Position numbers and translations under genes: made by a program
Part shown: positions 7,264 to 16,931 of the stretch, piece by piece
How positions within the stretch are numbered: position 1 is the first letter of the stretch
Layout of the letters: each line of letters opens with the position of its first letter
Source: a virus
Taxonomy: Duplodnaviria > Caudoviricetes
DNA length: 49,795 nt
Direction: 5' to 3' (one strand)
Virus record (IMG/VR): IMGVR_UViG_3300035675_000010
Coordinates: 1 to 49,795 of that record
Notes under the pieces: generated by a model
What the model was told of the DNA's origin: nothing
Databases searched by the model: none
Seen by the model: only the letters and a program-made list of their open reading frames with translations

Positions 7264-8600
7264 AGACCCTCTATAACTACCAACGACAGACTGAGCACAA
7301 GGCCTTCAAGAGCAATCTGTTCATAGCATTCGAGCCTGGCTTGGGTAAGACTGTAACGGCTATCGAGTTGGGTAAGGACATTATGGCCTCGCCTGCACTC
7401 ATCAATGCCAGTGCGGTTCTTGTTATCTGTCCTAAGCGTCTTCGCTTGCAGTGGATCTCGATGATCCAGGAACAGGATCCTATCACACCGATAACTCTTA
7501 TCGAGACCGGTATGGTCTTCAAAGGACGAGAGCTCTCTGGTTGGGTTGTCTCTCACTACGAAGCCGTTGTTGATACCCAGAAGTACTTACGCCAACGTGT
7601 GTGGGGTCTTGTCATCGTTGACGAAGCACATCACATAAAGAACCGAAAGGCACTACGTACCAAGGCAGTGCGATCGATTGAAGCCATTCGTAAGGTGGCT
7701 CTCTCTGCTGTTCCTATGGATCGAAGTCCGGCAGAGCTTTGGAGTGTACTCAACTGGATGTTCCCCAACACGTATCGTTCGTACTGGAACTTCATTGAGA
7801 AGTATTGCTCCATGGAAGCTGTACCACCTTGGCTCACTGGTGGTAAGTATGCAGGAGCATCGAAGATAGTTGGGACGAAGAACGAACTACAGCTTGTAGA
7901 CGAGCTTAGTCCTTTCTTTATTCGGTACACCAAGCAACAGGTAGCTCCTGAACTACCACCAAAGACCGTGACGAAGGTGCCGGTCGAGATGTATCCAGAA
8001 CAAGAGGCGTTGTATAATAAGATCGCTAAGGCTAAGGACATCGTCGTAGACGAGATAATAATACCCAACATCCTAGCCAGAATCACTAGATTACAACAAG
8101 TTACCTCTGACCCTTCAGCGGCTGGTTTCGGAACTATGCCTTCCGCCAAGTGTGATTGGGTCGCTGAGTATCTCGAAGACAATCCTGAGATCGCGGTTGT
8201 TATCTTTACTCGTTTTAGGGCTACGGCAAAGGCTCTCGCAGCACGATTCGAATGTGAGTACATTGTTGGCGGGACCGAAGAGTGGCCTGAGTTCCTTGAT
8301 GGTCGTAATAGGGTCATCACGGGAACCATTGCGGCTATGGGAGAGGGAATCGACGGGCTCCAGCGAGCAGACGTTGCGATCTTCGTTGACCAAGAGTGGT
8401 CGACAGCTCTCATGACCAATGCAATGGATCGTATCCATCGTTTGGGCATACAAGCTCCTAAGCAGATCATTCATCTATATTGCCCACACACCAAAGACGA
8501 GTTAGTTCTAAGAGCGCTGGATGAGAAATGGACTAATCAACAGCTCGTCTACCACTACCTAGAACAGGAAGGAATAGATGTTAACCGAAGCACAGACTGA
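7260..8600 (+). CDS. SNF2-family (SF2) helicase
   Basis: EPGLGKT, VIVDEAHHIKN, GEGIDGLQ, DRIHRLG motifs. Confidence 0.92.
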   Translation: MKTLYNYQRQTEHKAFKSNLFIAFEPGLGKTVTAIELGKDIMASPALINASAVLVICPKRLRLQWISMIQEQDPITPITLIETGMVFKGRELSGWVVSHYEAVVDTQKYLRQRVWGLVIVDEAHHIKNRKALRTKAVRSIEAIRKVALSAVPMDRSPAELWSVLNWMFPNTYRSYWNFIEKYCSMEAVPPWLTGGKYAGASKIVGTKNELQLVDELSPFFIRYTKQQVAPELPPKTVTKVPVEMYPEQEALYNKIAKAKDIVVDEIIIPNILARITRLQQVTSDPSAAGFGTMPSAKCDWVAEYLEDNPEIAVVIFTRFRATAKALAARFECEYIVGGTEEWPEFLDGRNRVITGTIAAMGEGIDGLQRADVAIFVDQEWSTALMTNAMDRIHRLGIQAPKQIIHLYCPHTKDELVLRALDEKWTNQQLVYHYLEQEGIDVNRSTD

Positions 8601-8871
8601 CTCCGTAATCAAATGCATCACTGCTGGCAAGAGTGCTAAGTTTGCTTTTGAAGATGCACCCTTATGTGAGGTGATTGATGCGATTATCGATCATCTTCAA
8701 AGTGAGCAAGTGGAGAAGTCACTGTTCGGTCTTAGGACGGAAGATGTTGTCGAGATGACACCCGAGGATGCCGAGAAGGCTTTTGTTCATCACGCAATGC
8801 ACTGGGCGTTCCAACTGGGCGTCGGTGCGACACTCTTCGCCGTGAACCAAGACCTGACAGAGGACGAATAG
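8578..8871 (+). CDS. Hypothetical protein
   Basis: Operon ORF with RBS. Confidence 0.6.
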   Translation: MLTEAQTDSVIKCITAGKSAKFAFEDAPLCEVIDAIIDHLQSEQVEKSLFGLRTEDVVEMTPEDAEKAFVHHAMHWAFQLGVGATLFAVNQDLTEDE

Positions 8872-8890
8872 TCTAAGTCGTCTAGACTTT

Positions 8891-8933
8891 CTCACGTAAT
8901 TTTCACTTTCAAAAGTCTAATCTGTGGTATAAT
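8891..8933 (+). promoter_or_regulatory. Replication-operon promoter (extended -10 TGGTATAAT) with two 11-bp-phased TCAC repeats
   Basis: CTCACG at 8891, TTCACT at 8902, TATAAT at 8928. Confidence 0.6.
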
Positions 8934-8959
8934 TGAATCATTGGTCCGGAGAACCACAC

Positions 8960-10063
8960 ATGTACGAAATACATATTAGCGATATACGTACGTTCAAGAG
9001 TTGTAGGCGTAAGTGGAACTGGAGTTCACCTCTACGAGAGGGTCTTGAACCTAGTGTCCCGTACGTTCCGTTCTTTACGGGACGTGCCATCCACTACTGC
9101 TTAGAGAACTTTTATGGACCTAAGCACACGCCTATGCTAGAGAGCCTTAGCGTGTTCCTCGAAGTAGAGAAAGGCGAAATGGAACGCGTTGGGAAACTGT
9201 GGCCACAGGAGAGCGAGCTCATTGCGGAGCAGATAGTTCTTATCAATGGTATGCTCCAACACTACACTGAGTGGGTCGAACAAGACATCTCTAAGTGGTC
9301 TGATAAGAACCTTGACTTCTGGAAACTAGAGACCGAGTTTTCTGTGCCACTTCGTACACCGAACGGTCGCCCCAGTCCTCGTGTCTTCTTAGCAGGACGC
9401 TTCGATGGTGTCGTAAGGCGGAAGGACGACGGATCATATTGGTTACTAGAACACAAGACAACACGATCTATCAGTGAGCTTGTATCCTCTCTAGATAACG
9501 ACGAGCAAGCAGGTGCATACCTTATTGCTGCTGGAGAACTATTATCCATACAACCAACAGGAGTTCTGTACAACGTTATGCGTAAGAAGATCCCAACAGA
9601 GCCCATGCTATTACAGAGCGGCCTGTTGTCGCAGAACAAGCAGATAGATACAACGGTATACGCCTACATACGTGCTGCACAGAGAGCTCACGAGGCTGAC
9701 TTTCCCGATCTAAAGGAACGTAATAAGTTCATCATGGATCAGTACGGTGAGTTCCTTCAACATCTAATGGACCAAGGTAATAAGTTCTTCTTGCGCGTAC
9801 CTATCTACAGGACTGGGATGGAAATGCAACAACTCCAGCATGACTTGTGGACGGTCGCTTTAGAGATGGTGCGTCCATCGACTCCGATCTATCCGGCGCC
9901 TAGTTGGAACAATTGTAAGTTCTGTCATTTCCGTTCTCCTTGTCTGGCAACAAACTCTGGAGCGGACGTCGGCATCATCTTGGACAACGAGTATAGGAAG
10001 CGCGAGCCATGGCAAACATTCACGGAACTCGAAGAGGAGGGAAGTAATGGCAAGACGAATTGA
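8960..10063 (+). CDS. PD-(D/E)XK RecB/Cas4-like exonuclease
   Basis: FKSCRRKW, GRAIH, GRFDGV, LLEHKT, CKFCHFRSPC (four-Cys Fe-S staple pattern). Confidence 0.88.
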   Translation: MYEIHISDIRTFKSCRRKWNWSSPLREGLEPSVPYVPFFTGRAIHYCLENFYGPKHTPMLESLSVFLEVEKGEMERVGKLWPQESELIAEQIVLINGMLQHYTEWVEQDISKWSDKNLDFWKLETEFSVPLRTPNGRPSPRVFLAGRFDGVVRRKDDGSYWLLEHKTTRSISELVSSLDNDEQAGAYLIAAGELLSIQPTGVLYNVMRKKIPTEPMLLQSGLLSQNKQIDTTVYAYIRAAQRAHEADFPDLKERNKFIMDQYGEFLQHLMDQGNKFFLRVPIYRTGMEMQQLQHDLWTVALEMVRPSTPIYPAPSWNNCKFCHFRSPCLATNSGADVGIILDNEYRKREPWQTFTELEEEGSNGKTN

Positions 10064-10853
10064 TCCGCGTAGTACTCCATATCTACGTGCTCTGTTCTAC
10101 GGAATACCCGGTTCTACAAAGACTCGGACCGTTGGCACTGCATGTCTTGATAAACGATCTGCTCCGGTCTTATGGCTAGATGCTGCAGGTAATCCAATTA
10201 GCATACGCGAGTATGATCCGGGACCTGACATCATCAAGATCGAGGAGCTCAAGGACTTGAATGATCCATACGTGTGGATCAAAGCAGGTCAGCCGAAGGA
10301 TCATCCTTTCTGTAAGCAGTTTCAACTCGAGCCTCCATACCGGACGTTGGTTGTCGATCAGATTACAGACGTACAACGTATCTCGTATGAACTCGTAACA
10401 AACAACAAGGAAGGGGGTCCTGGAGATATTCCCAAGCCACACCAGATTCAGCACTTTCTGGGCATCATGGGACAGATGGTCAAGTTCGCAAAACTCTACT
10501 ATGACCTGCCACTCCACGTTATTATGACGGCACAAGAGAAGAGTGAGAAGGACGACATAACGGGTGTAGTTCGAAACGCTCCACTATTGTGGGGTCAGTC
10601 AGATGTTGAAGTACCAGGCTACGCTTATCTAGTTGCTCGTCTTGTTCATCGTGCCGTTGTATCTCCTGCCATCATGAAGGTTGTCGAAGACTCGGCTGGC
10701 GGCGAAGCAGAGAAGATCGCATCAGTTGCATTCTTCTTACCGTCAGGCAAGTATGTTGCTAAAGATCAGTACGGTGCACTGGGGCCTTACATGGCCAACC
10801 CAACGATCAGCAAGATGCTCGACCTCATATGGCCGGAGACCAAGAATGGCTAA
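10047..10853 (+). CDS. Sak4-like AAA_24 ATPase (ssDNA-annealing recombinase)
   Basis: ALFYGIPGSTKT, TLVVDQIT, HVIMTAQE, VAKD; lies between nuclease and SSB. Confidence 0.82.
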   Translation: MARRIDPRSTPYLRALFYGIPGSTKTRTVGTACLDKRSAPVLWLDAAGNPISIREYDPGPDIIKIEELKDLNDPYVWIKAGQPKDHPFCKQFQLEPPYRTLVVDQITDVQRISYELVTNNKEGGPGDIPKPHQIQHFLGIMGQMVKFAKLYYDLPLHVIMTAQEKSEKDDITGVVRNAPLLWGQSDVEVPGYAYLVARLVHRAVVSPAIMKVVEDSAGGEAEKIASVAFFLPSGKYVAKDQYGALGPYMANPTISKMLDLIWPETKNG

Positions 10854-11118
10854 GACCAACTGGGAACAAATGCTCGAACAAGATCCCGTACTCAAACGAT
10901 CCCATACTGCACGAGGCTACAAGATGGCTTTGAAGGATGGTGTGTTTGAGCTACGTCTTGAATATCGTGAGTACGGCGGAGACTTCCGTTATGACCTTCG
11001 TATGTGGGCGTATATAGATGACGAATGGCGTCCGACAAAAAGGGGCTTAGTGATCTTCCCCAATCAAATCGAAGAGTTCTTGGATCTCCTAACCAAGTTA
11101 GTTAAGGGCGGGGCCTAA
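10846..11118 (+). CDS. PC4-like ssDNA-binding protein
   Basis: REYGGDFRYDLRMW...WRPTKRGLVI. Confidence 0.8.
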   Translation: MAKTNWEQMLEQDPVLKRSHTARGYKMALKDGVFELRLEYREYGGDFRYDLRMWAYIDDEWRPTKRGLVIFPNQIEEFLDLLTKLVKGGA

Positions 11119-11165
11119 CCCTAAACCAACCAACCATAACCACCCAACCCGAAAGGAAACTAACC

Positions 11166-11579
11166 ATGCCTCTCTCAATTGATTTCTCTGAAATCCCCTC
11201 ACTAGAACCCGTACCTGCCGGTACGTACCTAGCGACCATCATTCAAGCCGACGAAGGCGAAAGCCAAGCTGGGAACCCCAAAGTGGATCTCCGCTGGAAG
11301 ATCATCGGCAGCGAGTTCGACGGTCGTTTGGTATTCGATCATTTAAGCTTCGCGCCTACCGCTCTGTGGCGCACCAAGTTGTTCTTGCAGGCCGTAGGCT
11401 ATGGCAACGGCTTTGCTGGAACTATCGAAGCTGAGGATCTTGTTGGTAAGGTAGCCAACATCACAGTCGCGGTTGAAACAGGTCGGACCAATCCGGACAC
11501 GGGGGAAACATACCCAGATCGCAATCGCATCGTGAAAGTAAAGGCTGCTGAAGCCGGCGTCGAGGACCTACTTTCCTAA
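11166..11579 (+). CDS. DUF669-like phage SSB
   Basis: EPVPAGTY, SQAGNP, DLVGK, NRIVKV; acidic C-terminus. Confidence 0.82.
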   Translation: MPLSIDFSEIPSLEPVPAGTYLATIIQADEGESQAGNPKVDLRWKIIGSEFDGRLVFDHLSFAPTALWRTKLFLQAVGYGNGFAGTIEAEDLVGKVANITVAVETGRTNPDTGETYPDRNRIVKVKAAEAGVEDLLS

Positions 11580-11596
11580 CCATCTAATCAACCTAA

Positions 11597-11635
11597 GCCA
11601 GGCATCTACCCCGCCAGATGCCTGGCAGTCTTTTT
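11597..11635 (+). terminator. Intrinsic terminator/attenuator after SSB
   Basis: GCCAGGCATCT/AGATGCCTGGC stem plus T5. Confidence 0.7.
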
Positions 11636-11647
11636 ACTGGAGAGAAT

Positions 11648-14029
11648 GTGAAGGACTTCCTCAAAGAGTTCCTGTACGACACTGGCCTACTTGCAATAGC
11701 TGTCGGTTCTCCTGGACATGTAAAGTACTACACAAGTGTCCCAGAAACTTTACCTGCAGACACTGACGTGTTCTTTGGACCGGCGATGAGGAAACGCAAA
11801 GGGGAAACTAAAGACGACATCCTCGGAACCAAAGTGTTATGGGTCGACGCCGACGATGAGCATAAGCCATTATATACACTTCCACCATCCATGATGGTAC
11901 AGAGCGGCCACGGATGGCATTTATATTGGATACTGGACGAACCACTAGAACAGGAGGTAGCCGAACATCTAAACAAGCAACTCATAGCAGACATTCCTAC
12001 CGCAGATCCAGCATGTTTCAACATCAATAGAGTACTCCGCGTTCCTGGAACTACCAATACAAAAGATCCGCCACGACCGGTTACGTTCACGACCAATATA
12101 GGAGTGACCTATACTAAAGAAGATATCATACTCTTAGAGAACCTCAACAAGAAGGTTCGTCATAAGATTCGTACTGGAGATTCCAGAGGATATCGGAGCA
12201 GGTCTGAACGAGATTGGTCTATCATAACTACACTCGTAGCTCTCGGAGCACGTGATGAACTCATCAACATTATCTTCCAACATCAGCCTTGTGGTGATAA
12301 GACGCGTGAGGCTAACGATAAGTATCTCGAACGTACTATACAGAAGGCACGTGAGAGTGGAGCTAAAGTAACTCCTGAACAGGGCGGAGAGGACTTCGAA
12401 GAACGAGATGACGGTTATTACTTTAGAGCCGGTAAGAGAGTTCAACGAGTTAGTACCTTTGTCATAACTCCAACACTGTTACTCGATGGCAAGGCATTCG
12501 AAACACAAGACGCGATCGTAGGAGATGTGACAGCCTCAGGCTTCACTTGGAAGGATGTTACATTTACGCGCTCAGCCTTTACGTCTGTTCATCAGATGGA
12601 TCGAGAGACGCCTGTCGTTGCGTGGCAATGGTTAGGTCATGATGGTCATGTCAGAACTCTCTTACCGTACTTACTAGGTAAGTTACAGGACATTGGTCTT
12701 CCGCGAGTGGTAGCATCTTCAACACTTGGTCTACATAATCTCAACGGTAAGTATTACTTCTTAGGCGACACACAAGTCATGAGTGCTGATGACATCTGGG
12801 AAGGATACAATGGTCCTATTGCTTGGTTGTCTTCTCATAAGGAACATCCCAAGCTACAGCTAACCCCGAGCATAGAGGACGAAGCCCTGGCGGTGTGCAA
12901 AGACTTGTTGCCACAGATCAACGAGCCGGAAGTACTATGGCCGGCAGTTGGTTGGTATGCAGCGTCGTGTATGAAGCCTTGGCTAGAGACAAAAGGGTAT
13001 CGCTTTCCGATTCTAAGTGTTGTGGGTACGAAAGGCTCAGGCAAGACCACTTTGTTGCAACGTATCTTGATGCCCCTGTTCGGGCAGAAAGAAGGTAAGT
13101 CGTATGACTCAGGGACAACGCGCTTTGTTATTCTGGCACTCTTGGGTAGTAGTAACGCTGTGCCGATTGCTTTTAGCGAGTTCAGGTATGAGTCCGTCGA
13201 GTCCTTTTTACGATATGTTCTTCTCGCGTATGATACAGGCCACGATCCTCGCGGACGACCTGACCAGACAACCGTGGACTATCCTCTCTCAGCTCCGTTT
13301 TCTCTGGATGGTGAAGACCTCATTGCAGACCCGGCAGCCCGAGAAAGAATAGTAACGGCACGTCTTGATCCAGGGGCCGTACAAGAAGGCACGGATGCAT
13401 ATGCCGCATATAACGAACTACGTTGGAAGATACCAGAAACGTTTGGCGGCTTCTTTATACAACGAACGTTAGTAATGTTAGCAAGTGGTGAGCTCGACGC
13501 GTTACTGCTCGACTCACGAGATATCATGTTTGGTGCATATCCACAAAGGATGCCAGATCGTATTAGGAATAACCACATTGTGACTTTCTTCGGTGCACGG
13601 TTAGTTACTCGAGCCCTTGGGTTGGATGATCCAGATCCTAAGACACTCGGTAGGTCTATCAGTACCGTGTATAATGTCGAAGCAGGTCGTGCTAGAACGA
13701 TGGTAGACGACATGACCGAAGACATTGCCAATGCTTGTTCAACAGCGCACACGGCTTCCTTTAGATGGAAGTATGTTGCACCCGACGCAATACTATTCTT
13801 TCAGTTGTCTTCTGCTCATACATGGTGGCTTGCCAGTAGACGCAGACAAGGAAGGAGTGCCTTAGAAAGAGATGCATTAAGATCCCAACTACAAGAAGCT
13901 CCGTACTACGTACCTCAGAAGTCAATCGATGGCGTCTGGATGTACGGTATTGATCTTAAGAAGGCACAGGCCTCTGGTCTTGACGTGCCTGATCATATCC
14001 AAATAGCAGAGTTCACACTGCGATTCTAA
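11648..14029 (+). CDS. RepB-type (AEP) primase fused to a P-loop helicase domain
   Basis: LWVDAD, SGHGWHLYW, RVLRVPGTTNTK; Walker A GTKGSGKTT; GTG start after GGAG (the 11618 ATG lies inside the terminator). Confidence 0.88.
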   Translation: MKDFLKEFLYDTGLLAIAVGSPGHVKYYTSVPETLPADTDVFFGPAMRKRKGETKDDILGTKVLWVDADDEHKPLYTLPPSMMVQSGHGWHLYWILDEPLEQEVAEHLNKQLIADIPTADPACFNINRVLRVPGTTNTKDPPRPVTFTTNIGVTYTKEDIILLENLNKKVRHKIRTGDSRGYRSRSERDWSIITTLVALGARDELINIIFQHQPCGDKTREANDKYLERTIQKARESGAKVTPEQGGEDFEERDDGYYFRAGKRVQRVSTFVITPTLLLDGKAFETQDAIVGDVTASGFTWKDVTFTRSAFTSVHQMDRETPVVAWQWLGHDGHVRTLLPYLLGKLQDIGLPRVVASSTLGLHNLNGKYYFLGDTQVMSADDIWEGYNGPIAWLSSHKEHPKLQLTPSIEDEALAVCKDLLPQINEPEVLWPAVGWYAASCMKPWLETKGYRFPILSVVGTKGSGKTTLLQRILMPLFGQKEGKSYDSGTTRFVILALLGSSNAVPIAFSEFRYESVESFLRYVLLAYDTGHDPRGRPDQTTVDYPLSAPFSLDGEDLIADPAARERIVTARLDPGAVQEGTDAYAAYNELRWKIPETFGGFFIQRTLVMLASGELDALLLDSRDIMFGAYPQRMPDRIRNNHIVTFFGARLVTRALGLDDPDPKTLGRSISTVYNVEAGRARTMVDDMTEDIANACSTAHTASFRWKYVAPDAILFFQLSSAHTWWLASRRRQGRSALERDALRSQLQEAPYYVPQKSIDGVWMYGIDLKKAQASGLDVPDHIQIAEFTLRF

Positions 14030-14040
14030 AGGAGTAAGAG

Positions 14041-14715
14041 ATGCAAAAGAAGTATTCAATATTGTTCGTAATACTGGCGTCCGTCTTTACCGTCTCTCTG
14101 ATCGTCTCGAATATCATAGCAGGGAAGTTATGGGCTGCCCCTTTCGGCATCGTTCTCACGTGCGGCGTATTCCTCTTCCCGATCGTGTACATCATTGGAG
14201 ACGTAGTTCCGGAATGCTACGGGTTATCTACGGCAAGAAAAGTCATATGGTTGGGATTCGCAATGAACCTGTATGCCGTGATATTCTTTTACCTAACTAT
14301 GAAAGCAGCATACCCACCGTTCTTCGAGAACCAGCCAGCATTCGAAGCAGTACTTGGGTTCACGCCCAGACTTCTCGTGGCTTCATTCGTCGCGTATCTA
14401 ATTGGAACAAACGCCAATGCATGGACGCTGGTCTTGATCAAGAAGTGGACTAAAGGTAAGTTCCTCTGGATGAGAACTATAGGATCAACAATCGTGGGTG
14501 AGAGCTTGGACAGCTTTGTCTTCATCCTGATAGCGTTCTATGGAATTCTTCCTAACGAAGCACTGGCACCAATGATCATGTACCAAGCCTCGTTCAAGAT
14601 TCTGTACGAGATTATCGCAACCCCAATCACATACCTTGTAGTAGGTTGGGTCAAGAAGCAAGAAGGTATCACATCAGTACCAGACGCACCCGAGAGATTC
14701 GCGGCGTCTTCATAG
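14041..14715 (+). CDS. yhhQ: Queuosine-precursor (preQ0/preQ1) transporter, VUT family
   Basis: Multi-TM; SNIIAGK, FPIVYIIGDVVPECYG, STIVGESLDSFVF; adjacent to queC. Confidence 0.92.
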   Translation: MQKKYSILFVILASVFTVSLIVSNIIAGKLWAAPFGIVLTCGVFLFPIVYIIGDVVPECYGLSTARKVIWLGFAMNLYAVIFFYLTMKAAYPPFFENQPAFEAVLGFTPRLLVASFVAYLIGTNANAWTLVLIKKWTKGKFLWMRTIGSTIVGESLDSFVFILIAFYGILPNEALAPMIMYQASFKILYEIIATPITYLVVGWVKKQEGITSVPDAPERFAASS

Positions 14716-14724
14716 GAGGTTTAA

Positions 14725-15459
14725 ATGAGAAGTGCAGTGATTGCATTTTCAGGTGGGCTTGATAGCACAACGCTGTTGTATTCCATCCTGCGGAACGTAG
14801 ATCGGATACTCGCGCTCTCCTTCGAGTATGGTAGCAGACATGGAGAGCAAGAGTGGAAAGCGGCTGTAAGGATTCTACAGGGATGGCCAGGAATAGGACA
14901 CCGTAAGATACACTTGCCGTCTGGAGTCTTTACGGGTGGTAAGTCGGCTCTAATGAACGAAGCCTTTATGCCTCACCAAACGTATCAGGAGATCAACGAG
15001 TCTGTAGGTCCGTCTCCGACAGTTGTGCCGTTTCGTAACGCGAACATCATTTCTGTGTGTACTTCTGTGGCTGCAGCACAAGGCTACGACGAAGTCTATA
15101 TAGCAACACACGCTACGGATTCTCACAACTGGGCGTATCCTGATTGCTCACCCGAGTTTATGGGAGCAATGGCAAATGCTATCTGGGTGGGCACATACGG
15201 AAAGGTTCGCTTAAAGACTCCGTTCACGTGGTTAACCAAAGACGACATCATTGAGCGTGCGTACGAATTGTGTGTACCGGTTCAACTAACCCGGTCGTGT
15301 TATGAAGCCACCGAAGCTGCGTGTGGCGTTTGTCCTACATGCGTCGAGCGAATCGCAGCATTCCAAAATCAAGGTTGGATCGATCCAGTCGACTACATGA
15401 CTCAGGATATCGATTGGTACGGGTGCAAGCCTTGGCCACATACAGGAGAAAAGAAATGA
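14725..15459 (+). CDS. queC: 7-cyano-7-deazaguanine synthase
   Basis: SGGLDS PP-loop, VPFRN, YPDCSPEF, SCY...CGVCPTC. Confidence 0.95.
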   Translation: MRSAVIAFSGGLDSTTLLYSILRNVDRILALSFEYGSRHGEQEWKAAVRILQGWPGIGHRKIHLPSGVFTGGKSALMNEAFMPHQTYQEINESVGPSPTVVPFRNANIISVCTSVAAAQGYDEVYIATHATDSHNWAYPDCSPEFMGAMANAIWVGTYGKVRLKTPFTWLTKDDIIERAYELCVPVQLTRSCYEATEAACGVCPTCVERIAAFQNQGWIDPVDYMTQDIDWYGCKPWPHTGEKK

Positions 15460-15761
15460 CTAACCAACCAAAACCAACTCCGACTGCTCCGAGACCTCCA
15501 ATAACCACAGCAGCCGACATGCATGCATTCGTAGCGTCTCGCGATCGAGCATACGACGATGCATGGCTTAAGACTAGCCAGATCATGAAGATGCTAGGAC
15601 TTGAAACTACCGCGATCTGGCAAACGCCTTACTCGTTCGCATGGCAGATGATTCTCAATAAACTCATCCGTGCTATGGCATCACCCGAGAATGCCGATCA
15701 TTGGAAGGACATTCAAGGGTATTGTCAGTTAGTACTCGAAGAGCAAGCTAAGGCGAAATGA
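15456..15761 (+). CDS. DUF1599/DUF6378-like alpha-helical nucleotide-modification-associated protein
   Basis: RDRAYDDAW...MILNKLIR...DHWKDIQGY pattern. Confidence 0.65.
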   Translation: MTNQPKPTPTAPRPPITTAADMHAFVASRDRAYDDAWLKTSQIMKMLGLETTAIWQTPYSFAWQMILNKLIRAMASPENADHWKDIQGYCQLVLEEQAKAK

Positions 15762-15800
15762 CAAAGAGAGGGAGTAGGGGGCTCCCTCACGGAGGTAACA

Positions 15801-15917
15801 ATGATAACTCGACCGAACGGTTTTTGTGCGTTGATAGCAGCCATGCTTATCCTTCTCGTAATATGGCTATGTATGTGCTCATCAGTGTTTATGTTGATTG
15901 GAGGATCCACACAATGA
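15801..15917 (+). CDS. 38-aa membrane peptide (not in ORF track)
   Basis: GGAGGT RBS; MITRPNGFCALIAAMLILLVIWLCMCSSVFMLIGGSTQ; ATGA overlap with next gene. Confidence 0.5.
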   Translation: MITRPNGFCALIAAMLILLVIWLCMCSSVFMLIGGSTQ

Positions 15918-16678
15918 AGCTTGCAGTGATAGCACCACCAGAGTATCTGAACGAAATACACTACGCTCGTTTGTCGTATCACATGGCTCTCGGACAAGAA
16001 CTTATCCGTAACGTTGCCTACTGCGATTGGTACCGATGGCGCCATAACCGAGGCGACTTCATCATTGTTGACAACGGAGCCGCCGAACCAGGAGACGAAC
16101 GAATCCCCTTCGAAGCCGTCTTAGATGCAGCTGAGTATGTTCACGCAGATGAAGTGATCATGCCTGACGTATTATACAATGGATATAGTACGATAGCGCT
16201 GACAACCGATCCGGGAGTGCTTACTAATGTTCCAGTACGGAGTCGAATGATTGTTCCGCAAGGAACATGCTTCGAGGAGTGGGTCGAATGCTTCGAGGGC
16301 ATCGCAGAGAAGATTCAATTCCGTTCCATCGGCGTCGCAAAGCACTTAGAGAAGACGGCACAAGGTGGTCGCGCCGCTATAATTAGGTGGCTTCATAATC
16401 AGCGATGGACCGAGGTCGTTGATATTCACTTGTTGGGTATTTGGGAAGATCCGATTGCAGAGATCAGGCGTACAAGTGATGCCTGGTGTGGCATACGAGG
16501 CATAGACTCGGGTGCACCGATAGCATATGCACAACAAGGTTTGTCTATAGATTCGGCAGGACACTACTCACTCGATTGGGTAGCGGACGCTAGCAGAACA
16601 ATCATCAAAGAGAACATCAAGACATTACTTAACGAGTGTGCTAGAGGAGAGATTCAACATGCATCTCAAAGTATCTGA
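15914..16678 (+). CDS. TGT/DpdA-like TIM-barrel guanine transglycosylase
   Basis: IIVDNGA, MPDVL, VPQG, IHLLG, GIDSG match TGT-superfamily catalytic Asp motifs; queC context. Confidence 0.7.
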   Translation: MKLAVIAPPEYLNEIHYARLSYHMALGQELIRNVAYCDWYRWRHNRGDFIIVDNGAAEPGDERIPFEAVLDAAEYVHADEVIMPDVLYNGYSTIALTTDPGVLTNVPVRSRMIVPQGTCFEEWVECFEGIAEKIQFRSIGVAKHLEKTAQGGRAAIIRWLHNQRWTEVVDIHLLGIWEDPIAEIRRTSDAWCGIRGIDSGAPIAYAQQGLSIDSAGHYSLDWVADASRTIIKENIKTLLNECARGEIQHASQSI

Positions 16679-16931
16679 CATGAATGGCAAGGTTACAACC
16701 ATCTGCTTCGAGCGCGAAACAGGAACGGCAATAATTCTTCGTGCGCATCCAGAGCATCTAGAACGTGCAGTTGCTTTAGCCGAAGCGGAATCCGCTCCGT
16801 GTCTTCGTATTATGGTAGATCCGGAGAACGAACCTTTACTCGGCGAACTCGAAGACGAAGGCTGGGTAAGGACAAATCTTATCGTCTTCCAAAGGTGTCG
16901 ACGCAATGACGGCAAAAATCACGTACGCTAG
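16659..16931 (+). CDS. Small protein, weak GNAT-like C-terminal motif
   Basis: LRIMVDPENEPLLGELEDEGW; GAGGAG RBS. Confidence 0.5.
   Translation: MHLKVSDMNGKVTTICFERETGTAIILRAHPEHLERAVALAEAESAPCLRIMVDPENEPLLGELEDEGWVRTNLIVFQRCRRNDGKNHVR

Noticed and set aside
7631-8470. Long antisense ORFs (for example 279 aa here, 216 aa at 6906, 169 aa at 3587)
   Set aside because: They lie opposite well-supported genes and lack RBS or motifs
8960-10063. Cas4/CRISPR system
   Set aside because: No array or other cas genes; the nuclease-Sak4-SSB context is a standard phage recombination module
14030-14040. preQ1 riboswitch upstream of yhhQ
   Set aside because: Only 11 nt separate primase and yhhQ; no aptamer pattern recognised
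14725-16678. QueC/TGT as a defence system (Qat or type IV CBASS)
   Set aside because: No cyclase, QatA-like ATPase or TatD; canonical QueC with YhhQ in a phage replication operon fits DNA modification better
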